From positions 19,716,001 to 19,780,000 of the forward strand of contig OZ249437.1 in NCBI GenBank assembly GCA_965235115.1: a stretch of DNA of 64,000 nt. The letters are read 5' to 3'. The notes beneath the pieces are model-generated. The model worked only from the letters and a program-made list of their open reading frames with translations, had not been told where the DNA came from and searched no databases. Made by a program: the position numbers and the translations under genes. Source of the DNA: Laetmonice hystrix. Taxonomy: Eukaryota. Shown one piece after another: positions 1 to 13,100 of the stretch. Within the stretch, counting starts at the first letter, position 1; the number at the start of each line of letters is the position of its first letter.

Positions 1-213
1 GCCGTTGGTGGGCCCTGCCGTTGGTGGGTCCGCCAGATGGACCTACCCTGGCCATGCCGTTGGTGGGCCCGCCAGACGGACCTACCCTGGCCTGCCGTTG
101 GTGGGCCCTGCCGTTGGTGGGTCCGCCAGATGGACCTACCCTGGCCATGCCGTTGGTGGGCCCGCCAGATGGACCTACCCTGGCCATGCCGTTGGTGGGC
201 CCGCCAGATGGAC
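1..213. repeat. Minisatellite, about 39-bp unit (truncated by the window start)
   Basis: Repeated gccgttggtgggcccgccagatggacctaccctggccat. Confidence 0.9.
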
Positions 214-726
214 TAGTCATTTTATTGCCTATAATTGCGAACCGTGACACCTACGTCATCATGACTGAGGCCACCAGGAACATGTTGAACCCACGATGTC
301 CCATATCTGCCTGCAATTGTTTCATTTAATACGATGGGAATTTTGATGAACTGTAAATGAGCCTTCACATTGTGAAGATCAGTCAAACGGCGTTTAAGGA
401 ATCCGTATAGCATGTGTGCAGCAAGGTCATACCCTGATCTACGAGTTGAATGGGATTGTCAATCATCCAACCAAACTACCCACAATCACCGTGTCAGTTT
501 CAAAAATGATTGCATCATACATTATTAGATGGTGCTTAACTTAATTCTTTGTGCTTTCCAACCGATTTTAATTATTTACTAGGTAGGCGAGGACAGGAGT
601 TTAATCAGTAGAGTGCCTGTGAGCCGTGGAACTGGAAAACTTGTTAACCCAATCAGTACAGAGACCAGAGCATGCAAGCGGTCAGGTTGGCGGTATGACT
701 GTGTGAACGGTACTCACTTCGAGTGT

Positions 727-893
727 CAGGTACATCTGTGGGCCGGTGTGGCGTACTGCAGCTTCCGCCGTCAGGTACATCTGTGGGCCGGTGTGGCGTA
801 CTGTAGCTTCCGCCGTACTGTCAGTACAGAGACCAGAGCACGTACATCTGTGGGCCGGTGTGGCGTACTGTAGCTTCCGCCGTACTGTCAGTA
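727..893. repeat. About 45-bp unit, three copies
   Basis: gtacatctgtgggccggtgtggcgtactgtagcttccgccgt at 730, 775 and 842. Confidence 0.85.
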
Positions 894-1532
894 CGTCTTC
901 AGCTCCCATTATGTAACCCCTCCCGGCACATCTCAGTCATACAAGTGTATGGAAATGTAATTAGATAAAACCACGATGTCCTTGAGCCGTACGGAGAGAA
1001 TGACAAACGGTAAGCTTATGTAAAAAGGTGTCACAACGTCGGCAGATTCAGGCGTACAATGCCATCCCTCCTCCTCCCCGCTCTACCGGACCCCCGCCCG
1101 TAATCCCCCGGACACCACCCCTCTCCCGGCCGCGGGACCCCCGCCCGTAATCCCCCGGACACCCTCCCCCCCGTCCCGGCCGGCCGGCCGACCGTCGGAA
1201 CCACCCCGTTGTCCGACACACCAGTATACCATCGACACAAAGCCTCAGTCAGACACGGAGCTGACGCAATGTATCACGTTCAGATGCCTGGATCTCAAAT
1301 TGGCCAATCGCAGTGAAGGTACTCGGTTTAAAATGCCGGCCGGGTCAGGAAGCTTATATTATTAGGCTGGATCCCACTGTCTGCAACTTCTGTCCTGTCG
1401 TCACAAATTTAATGCCATCCGTGATTTCTTAAGTCCCGATTTAGGATCGTATTGTTTCTTTCGCTTGAATCTATTATCAATAAAAAGTCTGTTGGAGAAT
1501 ATTTTCTAGACACAGATGGTTAGATAATTCTG

Positions 1533-3297
1533 AAGTGTGACACCTTGTAAATATGCCGACACTGGAGGTGGGATTTCTGTGGGCTGTGTAACACCTTGTA
1601 AATATACCGACACTGGAGGTGGGATTTCTGTGGGCTGTGTAACACCTTGTAAATATACCGACACTGGAGGTGGGATTTCTGTGGGAGGTGTAACACCTTG
1701 TAAATATACCGACACTGGAGGTGGGATTTCTGTGGAAGGTGTAACACCTTGTAAATATACCGACACTGGAGGTGGGATTTCTGTGGGGGGTGTAACACCT
1801 TGTAAATATACCGACACTGGAGGTGGGATTTCTGTGGGAGGTGTAACACCTTGTAAATATACCGACACCAGAGGTGGGATTTCTGTGGGAGGTGTAACAC
1901 CTTGTAAATATACCGACACTGGAGGTGGGATTTCTGTGGGAGGTGTAACACCTTGTAAATATACCGACACCAGAGGTGGGATTTCTGTGGGGGTGTAACA
2001 CCTTGTAAATATACCGACACTGGAGGTGGGATTTCTGTGGGGGGTGTAACACCTTGTAAATATACCGACACTGGAGGTGGGATTTCTGTGGGGGGTGTAA
2101 CACCTTGTAAATATACCGACACTGGAGGTGGGATTTCTGTGGGAGGTGTAACACCTTGTAAATATACCGACACCAGAGGTGGGATTTCTGTGGGAGGTGT
2201 AACACCTTGTAAATATACCGACACTGGAGGTGGGATTTCTGTGGGGGGTGTAACACCTTGTAAATATACCGACACTGGAGGTGGGATTTCTGTGGGAGGT
2301 GTAACACCTTGTAAATATACCGACACTGGAGGTGGGATTTCTGTGGGAGGTGTAACACCTTGTAAATATACCGACACTGGAGGTGGGATTTCTGTGGGAG
2401 GTGTAACACCTTGTAAATATACCGACACTGGAGGTGGGATTTCTGTGGGGGGGTGTAACACCTTGTAAATATACCGACACTGGAGGTGGGATTTCTGTGG
2501 GGGGTGTAACACCTTGTAAATATACCGACACTGGAGTTGGGATTTCTGTGGGGGGGGGGATGTAACACCTTGTAAATATACCGACACTGGAGGTGGGATT
2601 TCTGTGGGGGGTGTAACACCTTGTAAATATACCGACACTGGAGGTGGGATTTCTGTGGGAGGTGTAACACCTTGTAAATATACCGACACTGGAGGTGGGA
2701 TTTCTGTGGGAGGTGTAACATCTTGTAAATATACCGACACCAGAGGTGGGATTTCTGTGGGAGGTGTAACACCTTGTAAATATACCGACACTGGAGGTGG
2801 GATTTCTGTGGGGGTGTAACACCTTGTAAATATACCGACACTGGAGGTGGGATTTCTGTGGGGGGTGTAACACCTTGTAAATATACCGACACCAGAGGTG
2901 GGACTTCTGTGGGAGGTGTAACACCTTGTAAATATACCGACACCATAGGTGAGATTTCTGTGGGCTGTGTAACACCTTGTAAATATACCGACACCAGAGG
3001 TGGGATTTCTTTGGGAGGTGTAACACCTTGTAAATATACCGACACCAGAGGTGGGATTTCTGTGGGAGGTGTAACACCTTGTAAATATACCGACACCATA
3101 GGTGGGATTTCTGTGGGCTGTGTAACACCTTGTAAATATACCGACACCAGAGGTGGGATTTCTGTGGGAGGTGTAACACCTTGTAAATATGCCGACACCA
3201 TAGGTGGGATTTCTGTGGGCTGTGTAACACCTTGTAAATATACCGACACTGGAGGTGGGATTTTTCCAGGACGTGTAAATACACCTTGTAAATACCA
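1533..3297. repeat. Minisatellite, 51-bp unit, about 34 copies
   Basis: Unit gtaacaccttgtaaatataccgacactggaggtgggatttctgtgggaggt. It explains the three overlapping ORFs of about 590 aa. Confidence 0.97.
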
Positions 3298-3825
3298 AAC
3301 ATTGCGGCGCGTTAAAATCTACACGTGTTAGTTAATACTTGATAGCACTGAATCTACATCCAGACGACGTACCATCTTGTTTTTTAATGTTTGGAAAGAT
3401 GGGTGATAAAAAGGATATATATGAAGCAAAGTGTATTTTTGTGACTATAACTATACAACAGTACCTATTTATATGACAGTGCATGGAAAAGACTAAATCT
3501 GTTCCCAAGTGAAGAATATGATGTGTAGATATTCCTCGACAGTTTCGTGTCAGAGCAGTGCAGCCAGAATAAAAACTTTCCTAGATCAATACCGTCGTGT
3601 GGAATCAGAGGTCGAGCAGTGTTGATACACATTGGATCACATTGACAAGGGCATGTGGTATCTTTCATTTAGGGGGTGACATTCGGGGGTAAAGGCAACA
3701 CCCCAGGCCGCCTCTTGAATGGGGCTGGGGTAGATGATAATCAGAGAGAGGGGGAGGGGTGTGATCGCTGCTCAATGACAATAGAATGATCGATGTGGAG
3801 TACTTGGCTGACATCAAAAGGCCTC

Positions 3826-4189
3826 AGTGTTGTCGGTCGTCAGTTGTCGGTCGTCGGTTGTCGGTCGTCAGTTGTCGGTCGTCAGTTGTCGGTCGTCAGT
3901 TGTCGGTCGTCGGTTGTCAGTTGTCAGTTGTCGGTCGTCGGTTGTCGGTCGTCAGTTGTCGGTCGTCAGTCGTCAGTTGTCGGTCGTCAGTTGTCGGTCG
4001 TCAGTTGTCGGTCGTCAGTTGTCAGTACTGTTGTCGGTCGTCGGTTGTCGGTCGTCAGTTGTCGGTGGTCAGTTGTCGGTGGTCAGTTGTCGGTGGTCAG
4101 TTGTCGGTGGTCAGTTGTCGGTGGTCAGTTGTCAGTAACTGTTGTCGGTGGTCAGTTGTCAGTTGTCGGTCGTCAGTTGTCGGTCGTCA
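3826..4189. repeat. 14-bp tandem repeat
   Basis: (tgtcggtcgtcagt)n with variants. Confidence 0.93.
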
Positions 4190-4196
4190 GGTGGAT

Positions 4197-5134
4197 TAAC
4201 CCCCCGCAATCCTCCTGTAGAGGGTGTATTATCAGGGTGTGTGTACATCCCCCGTCAACCCCCCGCAATCCCCCTGTAGAGGGTGTATTATCAGGGTGTG
4301 TGTACATCCCCCGTCAACCCCCCGCAATCCTCCTGTAGAGGGTGTATTATCAGGGTGTGTGTACATCCCCCGTCAACCCCCCGCAATCCCCCTGTAGAGG
4401 GTGTATTATCAGGGTGTGTGTACATCCCCCGTCAACCCCCCGCAATCCTCCTGTAGAGGGTGTATTATCAGGGTGTGTGTACATCCCAACCCCCGCAATC
4501 CCCCTGTAGAGGGTGTATTATCAGGGTGTGTGTACATCCCCCGTCAACCCCCCGCAATCCTCCTGTAGAGGGTGTATTATCAGGGTGTGTGTACATCCCC
4601 CGTCAACCCCCCGCAATCCCCCTGTAGAGGGTGTATTATCAGGGTGTGTGTACATCCCCCGTCAACCCCCCGCAATCCTCCTGTAGAGGGTGTATTATCA
4701 GGGTGTGTGTACATCCCAACCCCCGCAATCCCCCTGTAGAGGGTGTATTATCAGGGTGTGTGTACATCCCCCGTCAACCCCCCGCAATCCTCCTGTAGAG
4801 GGTGTATTATCAGGGTGTGTGTACATCCCAACCCCCGCAATCCTCCTGTAGAGGGTGTATTATCAGGGTGTGTGTACATCCCCCGTCAACCCCCCGCAAT
4901 CCTCCTGTAGAGGGTGTATTATCAGGGTGTGTGTACATCCCAACCCCCGCAATCCCCCTGTAAAGGGTGTATTATCAGGGTGTGTGTACATCCCCCGTCA
5001 ACCCCCCGCAATCCTCCTGTAGAGGGTGTATTATCAGGGTGTGTGTACATCCCAACCCCCGCAATCCCCCTGTAGAGGGTGTATTATCAGGGTGTGTGTA
5101 CATCCCCCGTCAACCCCCCGCAAACACCCTGTAG
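4197..5134. repeat. Minisatellite, 59-bp unit with shorter variants
   Basis: Repeated cccccgcaatcctcctgtagagggtgtattatcagggtgtgtgtacatcccccgtcaac. Confidence 0.96.
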
Positions 5135-5193
5135 AGCGAGGGTGAGGATGAGTGTAAAATGTAGCTTTGATTGATTCCCTGGTCTACCAGTGA

Positions 5194-5545
5194 ATATATT
5201 AGGGTGTTGTGGCATGGTGTGTTAGTACGCTGGTTTGATATATTAGGGTGTTGTGGCATGGTGTGTTAGTACGCTGGTTTGATATATTAGGGTGTTGTGG
5301 CATGGTGTGTTAGTACGCTGGTTTGATATATTAGGGTGTTGTGGCATGGTGTGTTAGTACGCTGGTTTGATATATTAGGGTGTTGTGGCATGGTGTGTTA
5401 GTACGCTGGTTTGATATATTAGGGTGTTGTGGCATGGTGTGTTAGTACGCTGGTTTGATATATTAGGGTGTTGTGGCATGGTGTGTTAGTACGCTGGTTT
5501 GATATATTAGGGTGTTGTGGCATGGTGTGTTAGTACGCTGGTTTG
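5194..5545. repeat. 44-bp unit, eight identical copies
   Basis: atatattagggtgttgtggcatggtgtgttagtacgctggtttg starting at 5194, 5238, 5282 and onward. Confidence 0.96.
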
Positions 5546-7567
5546 GAAGCACCTCCGAATATCTCGTGCTCGTGATACAAAATGACACAAACATTGATTG
5601 TTGTGAGGAGATTAATGTGTGGACAAAAGATTTCGGGTCACAAACGGAGATAATTTGTCGTGCGAGAGAGAAAAGCTAATAAGATAATGATCAGACCGGA
5701 ACACCAAACCCATTGTCATTGTCTTGTAATTGACCATTGTATTATTAATTACCGGTCTGATAATTAGTCGGTTTCCTTTCATGCTGTCCATGCATTACGA
5801 TGGTATTCAAAGTGAAGTTTGGGATTTGATACAAAAGAATGAATTGTTTTTCGGTTTTGAAAACCCAGGTTGTAGAGTTCCCCCCTGGCTCATATTTATG
5901 TTTGAGATCATATTTATGTTTGAGATGTGATCTTTTGTTGCCGATCATACGATGAGTGGTATTTGTGGACTGTGCACGTTAAAACTAAACATTGCATGCG
6001 CTGAGATTGGATTCTGCCATGCTGGACGCCACAAGGACCGTACATTGTGTTTCTATAGCGTGGCGAGGTGCATGAATATTACATAATCTTTACATCAAAC
6101 AATCAGATTGGTCTAAACCAGCGCCGCTTCATTCTCAAAAATAGGCAACAACACTACTGAGTGTATTACAAGAAATTTCTACCCGTGATTTTGTCACTAA
6201 TTATTCTGTTGATGGATTGAATAGAACCAATGTTTTACATCATGTTACTAACAAACAAAAGGGTATTAGGAAGGTATGTGTTCATGTTATTTGGGTGTCA
6301 TTTTGGCCGGCCTTATTAAAGATAGGTTTGAGGTGTATCAGTGTCAGAAGAAGATTTATTTCTTTACTATTTACTGGCAGTTCGATGTAATCATCAACAA
6401 ATGAAATCCGGAGCCCTAGGAGCGTGGAAGATCTGAAGTAGTCAAATTATGAATGGATCTCGTTCGTCAAGATCTTCCTGACTTGATTACCAATATTATT
6501 CATTGTTGCAGTCACCAACGAATACGTTTTTGTTGAATTTTTGTCAGAGTCCTTCATCCAGAGCACCTCATCACGGGCAGTGAACACTGTGAAATCGCTT
6601 CAGCAATACATAATTCATTGTCCTTGAATACTTGACAAGCAACCTGAGATATGAGATGTAAATATTCTATGGTAATTAAGTCGAGCGACAACAAATCATC
6701 TTAAACCGGTTCTCTGGCAGTGGGTGAAAACGGGAAGCGACCAGCTGGTGCTTGTTGTTTGGCTAACGATACTGGAGTAGTGGTTGTTAAATAGGAAACA
6801 AACTGAGTGATATTTGTGGAGACCATGACAGTGGTACAACTTTCACCATTAGTGTGTTGCCGTTCCGCTAGAGGTCGTGTCGGAGAGTGAGAGCCGCTGT
6901 GCGTGTCGGGGTTGGTCAGCGGACGCCCAGCGTGCGTGTCACTGACCACCCCTGCCACCGCCGTGGATGACCAACGTCCATATAGGGCGCGCTGAAACGT
7001 TTCCATCTTCAGCAAACCTGCAGGTACCTGGTTCTGGTCAGCTCAAATAACACGGCTTTTTCTGCCGAAAAACGACGGTCTAGGAAATGTCAGCTTCGTG
7101 ACTTTGCCATCGTTGAACGACTAGAGCGGAGCTCTGGCAGCAGGCCACTGCTGTGAAAGAAAGTTCTCTAACACATCAGCTATCTCGGCATCCAGTCAAC
7201 CAGCCAGACCAGGCTGCTAGCTTCACCTTCTAATAAGGTGGGCAGGCGTCGAATTATTGGGAAACGCCGTATGTTGTCCCGAGACAGGAGGCGCGAAAAT
7301 CATCCAATACCAAAAGGTATCCGCCCGTACTGGTGGAGGTGGGCGGAGCCGGGCCAGATCAGCCCATTAATAATCTTTCGTTGACGAAACCGAGTCGTAA
7401 TTTATATAATCAGAAACAACAGATTCAGAAACCGATCCAAACAAGCTGCTTAGTGCCTGTTTCCAAGCTACAGCGACATGTAAGTCCAAAGGGAGGCTGT
7501 CCGTACAGGAGCTGGGAATCCTCTTGTATTATTGGCTTATGGCAGCATGAAGTTTGATAACATGAGC

Positions 7568-9207
7568 CACACTGAAGGATCGCTCCTTTACTGAGTCTCA
7601 TCACACAAGTCATGTTTTAATGTCTGCCTAGGAGGACTTTCTGGCAAGTCACACTGAAGGATCGCTCCTTTACTGAGTCTCATCACACAAGTCATGTTTT
7701 AATGTCTGCCTAGGACGACTTTCTGGCAAGTCACACTGAAGGATCGCTCCTTTACTGAGTCTCATCACACAAGTCATGTTTTAATGTCTGCCTAGGAGGA
7801 CTTTCTGGCAAGTCACACTGAAGGATCGCTCCTTTACTGAGTCTCATCACACAAGTCATGTTTTAATGTCTGCCTAGGACGACTTTCTGCCAAGTCACAC
7901 TGAAGGATCGCTCCTTTACTGAGTCTCATCACACAAGTCATGTTTTAATGTCTGCCTAGGAGGACTTTCTGGCAAGTCACACTGAAGGATCGCTCCTTTA
8001 CTGAGTCTCATCACACAAGTCATGTTTTAATGTCTGCCTAGGACGACTTTCTGGCAAGTCACACTGAAGGATCGCTCCTTTACTGAGTCTCATCACACAA
8101 GTCATGTTTTAATGTCTGCCTCGGACGACTTTCTGGCAAGTCACACTGAAGGATCGCTCCTTTACTGAGTCTCATCACACAAGTCATGTTTTAATGTCTG
8201 CCTAGGAGGACTTTCTGGCAAGTCACACTGAAGGATCGCTCCTTTACTGAGTCTCATCACACAAGTCATGTTTTAATGTCTGCCTCGGACGACTTTCTGG
8301 CAAGTCACACTGAAGGATCGCTCCTTTACTGAGTCTCATCACACAAGTCATGTTTTAATGTCTGCCTAGGACGACTTTCTGGCAAGTCACACTGAAGGAT
8401 CGCTTCTTTACTGAGTCTCATCACACAAGTCATGTTTTAATGTCTGCCTAGGAGGACTTTCTGGCAAGTCACACTGAAGGATCGCTCCTTTACTGAGTCT
8501 CATCACACAAGTCATGTTTTAATGTCTGCCTAGGACGACTTTCTGGCAAGTCACACTGAAGGATCGCTCCTTTACTGAGTCTCATCACACAAGTCATGTT
8601 TTAATGTCTGCCTCGGACGACTTTCTGGCAAGTCACACTGAAGGATCGCTCCTTTACTGAGTCTCATCACACAAGTCATGTTTTAATGTCTGCCTAGGAG
8701 GACTTTCTGGCAAGTCACACTGAAGGATCGCTCCTTTACTGAGTCTCATCACACAAGTCATGCTTTAATGTCTGCCTAGGACGACTTTCTGGCAAGTCAC
8801 ACTGAAGGATCGCTCCTTTACTGAGTCTCATCACACAAGTCATGTTTTAATGTCTGCCTAGGAGGACTTTCTGGCAAGTCACACTGAAGGATCGCTCCTT
8901 TACTGAGTCTCATCACACAAGTCATGTTTTAATGTCTGCCTAGGAGGACTTTCTGGCAAGTCACACTGAAGGATCGCTCCTTTACTGAGTCTCATCATAC
9001 AAGTCATGCTTTAATGTCTGCCTAGGACGACTTTCTGGCAAGTCACACTGAAGGATCGCTCCTTTACTGAGTCTCATCACACAAGTCATGTTTTAATGTC
9101 TGCCTAGGACGACTTTCTGCCAAGTCACACTGAAGGATCGCTCCTTTACTGAGTCTCATCACACAAGTCATGTTTTAATGTCTGCCTAGGACGACTTTCT
9201 GCCAAGT
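7568..9207. repeat. Minisatellite, 82-bp unit, 20 copies
   Basis: cacactgaaggatcgctcc...ctttctggcaagt with period 82. Confidence 0.97.
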
Positions 9208-9759
9208 CTGTATGAGGATTTAGTTCCATGGGTGCAGAATGTCAGGGACGTAGGGAGGAGGTCAGCTGAGATATCGATGTGCAGCCGGCTATGACGGAGA
9301 TAGATGGCTGCTTATACCGCTCTCATGTTGCCATTTCACGAGCAGATCCCGATCGTAATACTCCACGACATTTTGTGGTTAAAAACTCCAAATCTATTAC
9401 TATTCCTGGCCTCAAAACTAACCCTACCCCCTGACCGGGGTCGCTAGACCTCCACAAAACAAGTATCCCTATCTCTATCTATGTCCGTAATCCTAACCCT
9501 CACCCCGGGGTTTGTGGAAATATTACTTTGAGCGAATAACCAAATTACAGCGTCAGTGTTTCTCGTTCCAATTGATAGGTGGCGCCAGAGTCGAGACGTG
9601 CTCCATTTGTTACGTTTTGTTGTGACAAGGTCATAATGGAGGAAGGATGATATTTACTGGATATGAGAAGCGACAGTCCACGGCCGACGTAGATAAAGCT
9701 TATAAATAGGAATTACTGTTCAAAAACACGGGATGGGTCTGAGAGGTTTAGTAGTTTCC

Positions 9760-10025
9760 GTTAGAAGGCTTGTATCTAACCATCGTGCATTGATTCAAGG
9801 GCTTCCTCCGGCGTCACTGCATGGTCCCTAAATATTCTGAAGGTCATTGTAAGGTAGGCCGACACGAATAGTTGTGGTGTTCTCCGGTAACGTTAGAAGG
9901 CTGGTATCTAACCATCGTGCATTGATTCAAGGGCTTCCTCCCTCGTCACTGCATGGTCCCGACATATTCTGAAGGTCATTGTAAGGTAGGCCTACACGAA
10001 TAGTTGTGGGGTTCTCCGATAACGT
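9760..10025. repeat. 132-bp direct duplication
   Basis: gttagaaggct...ttctccg starts at 9760 and 9892. Confidence 0.85.
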
Positions 10026-10610
10026 TTCGAGTGACATTATGTTTTATAACGTACTACAATGTACATGGAAGGGCTCCAGTCGTGAAGCAATCTCCCATGA
10101 GACATTGCGCGTAGCAGCAGTGACATCTTGCGGCGGAGAGTGGTCGTGAAGCAGCCCGGGGGAAGGTTGTCACCCTAATGCTTAGGGGGTCCGGCAAATT
10201 TTGACAAATTAACATGTAGATCTATGCGTAACAGTGAGGGCACTTTTTCGTAGATTAATTTTTTGTTTAGGTTAAGGATTTGGGGCGACTCTTTGTGATT
10301 TTAAATGACATTCGAAGGGGAGAAAAATAAACATGATTTCTGACCTGTGTAATGTTAGATGGATTCAAAGGGAAACAATAGGCCGTCACAATAGGGGAGT
10401 TTAAATTATGGACTCTAAATTATGGAGAGCAAAAAATAGAACCTTCTGCGGTGTTAGCCATGGTGTACATCCTCGCGGGTTCATAGGAATCCAGCCCTGC
10501 CTGACAGAGCGCCCGAACTCATTCAACTCTCTGAGGGGCGTGAACTTTGACCCGCTGGAGCACCGTGACACAACCCGAAGGCCGGTCTGATGGGAGATAG
10601 TGGGACAGGG

Positions 10611-10627
10611 TTCCACTAGAGGGCGCT
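10611..10627 (+). promoter_or_regulatory. CTCF-like motif
   Basis: TTCCACTAGAGGGCGCT matches the CTCF core consensus. Motif match only. Confidence 0.4.
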
Positions 10628-12058
10628 ATTACAGGGTCCTGCTGGATTACTGCTCGTGGTAATATTTCACGAAATTGGAGGTGGAGTTAGTGTTAGGTGT
10701 AGGGATATACTATAGTGATACGGTTTAGGTCTACGGTGAGGCGTAGGGATATATGCCATAGGAAAAAGGTTTAGGTCTAAGGTGAGGCGTAAGCCTAGGT
10801 TTAGGTTTTGAAATAGTGATTTAGTGCTTACCCCCAGAATTCGTGGGGATTTTTTATATTTATTTTGACGCTCGAGTTGGTGGGAAACAGGGCAGGGAGG
10901 GGGTAGCTCGGCTCGGCTCGGCTCGGCTCGGGGACTGGGAAATCGCCGTCAAGGTCACCACAGAGGACATGATGTGGTTGGATGTGAGAGTGTGTAGCGG
11001 AGGGATCATACAGTGGTGGACGAGGGTTAAAGTCATTGTTTGTGGTGGAGAGTACCGGTAGACAGTTGAGGTGTCTACAAACGGGCAGGTGTCGGTGGAG
11101 GTGACGGACATTACGTCACAGAGTCCAACAATCAGGGTATAGATTACCCGGTAGAGTGACGTCAGTGGAGTTCGGATAACTAGAAATGGTCACAATAAAA
11201 CGCCAAACATCGTGGCAAACACCGCCAACTCGGTAGCATTTCTCACAGGGTTATTCCTGTGGGCTACACGTAATACATTTGTATCTATAATTGGAGGAGG
11301 ACGCAATGTTCACTGTGATGTATCCGCAGTCTGCTAGGATTGCGTTATCTCTGCGATAGACTACCATATGTGTAGCTGCATGGGCGCATTGTCCTGTTCT
11401 ATTAGTTGTGCTTGAATAGTTACAAAAACATGAACAGCTGAAAATACAACGTAGGCCAACACTGTAATATAATTTATATCAGAACCCCCCCTCCCCCGCA
11501 TGGTAGAGACTGTCTGATAGGGCTGCTTCAAAGAATTCATCGCAATAACAATTTATCAATATCTGGGAAACTCAAACGTTTTTACTTGGGAGTTTCCGTA
11601 CAAAGGTAAGACACAGGGCGCCTCCTACCGGTAGGATTATGAATGACGTTACGGTGTACACACCACTTGGCCGTCTCACACGTGCGAAACGTCACGTCTC
11701 GCTCGTTTGTGGACAGTTTACCCAGCAAATCAACGTCCACCATTATTGGAGAACGACAGATGCCAATATTTATAAAGCATTTTCCAAGCCGGCCTCAGGT
11801 AGCAGCGCCACTGGACTGGTTAGGTCGTGAAGATAAGAAAAGTCCTTCAAATCACAGCACAGCGACTTTCATTACCTCATGGAGATCATTGTAATACAAC
11901 GGCCGTTTTAACTGTTTAAATTTTCTTACTCCACCTTACTCCGCCTTACTCCACCTTACTCCGCCTTACCTGGAGCAAGCAAAGTTCAACAGAAGGAAAG
12001 GAAACAAGTATGTACATGCAGCGCTTCAACATGAGGTGGTTGCTAGAAGGAGGTGCTC

Positions 12059-12808
12059 GTGTTACCCTGGACCTGTGTTACCGTAGACGTCGTTATTCTG
12101 GAGGCCTTACCCGGAGTGACCCCCTCCACTGTTACCGTGGACCTGTGTTACCGTAGACGTCGTTATTCTGGAGGCCCTACCCGGAGTGACCCCTCCACTG
12201 TTACCGTGGACCTGTGTTACCGTAGACATCGTTATTCTGGAGGCACCACCCGGAGTGACCCCTCCACTGTTACCGTGGACCTGTGTTACCGTGAGCGTCG
12301 TTATTCTGGCGGCCCTACCCGGAGTGACCCCCTCCACTGTTACCGTGGACCTGTGTTACCGTAGACGTCGTTACTCTGGAGGCCCCACCCGGAGTGACCC
12401 CGTCACTGTTACCGTGGACCTGTGTTACCGTAGACGTCGTTATTCTGGAGGCCCTACCCGGAGTGACCCCCTCCACTGTTACCGTGGACCTGTGTTACTG
12501 TAGACGTCGTTATTCTGGAGGCTCTACCCGGAGTGACCCCCTCCACTGTTACCGTGGACCTGTGTTACCGTAGACGTCATTATTCTGGAGGCACCACCCT
12601 GAGTGACCTCCTCCACTGTTACCGTGGACCTGTGTTACCGTAGACGTCGTTATTCTGGAGGCACCACCCGGAGTGACCCCGTCACTGTTACCGTGGACCT
12701 GTGTTACCGTAGACGTCGTTATTCTGGAGGCCCTACCCGGAGTGACCCCCTCCACTGTTACCGTGGACCTGTGTTACCGTAGACGTCGTTATTCTGGAGG
12801 CCCTACCC
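12059..12808. repeat. Minisatellite, about 69-bp unit
   Basis: Repeated ttaccgtggacctgtgttaccgtagacgtcgttattctggaggccctacccggagtgacccc. Confidence 0.95.
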
Positions 12809-12811
12809 TGA

Positions 12812-13100
12812 GCGGCCACTGGTAGTAGGCCACCTGGCGGCGGGCGGACCAGTCACGGCTGCAGGACCTAGCGGCCACTGGTAGTAGGCCACCTGGCGGC
12901 GAGCGGACCAGTCACGGCTGCAGGACCTCGCGGCCACTGGTAGTAGGCCACCTGGCGGCGGGCGGACCAGTCACGGCTGCAGGACCTCGCGGCCACTGGT
13001 AGTAGGCCACCTGGCGGCGGGCGGACCAGTCACGGCTGCAGGACCTCGCGGCCACTGGTAGTAGGCCTCCTGGCGGCGGGCGGGCCAGTCACTGATGCAG
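12812..13100. repeat. GC-rich 59-bp unit, about five copies, directly abutting the previous array
   Basis: gcggccactggtagtaggccacctggcggcgggcggaccagtcacggctgcaggacctc at 12812, 12871, 12930, 12989 and 13048. Confidence 0.95.

Noticed and set aside
1477-3331. Three ORFs of about 590 aa on the - strand plus shorter + strand ORFs
   Set aside because: They are entirely a 51-bp stop-poor minisatellite that is open in several frames at once, with frameshifts from G-run length changes.
6825-6892. ATG ORF with a phase-2 GA|gtgaga donor (possible PDE4 first exon)
   Set aside because: Only 20 codons, within chance expectation, and no independent support.
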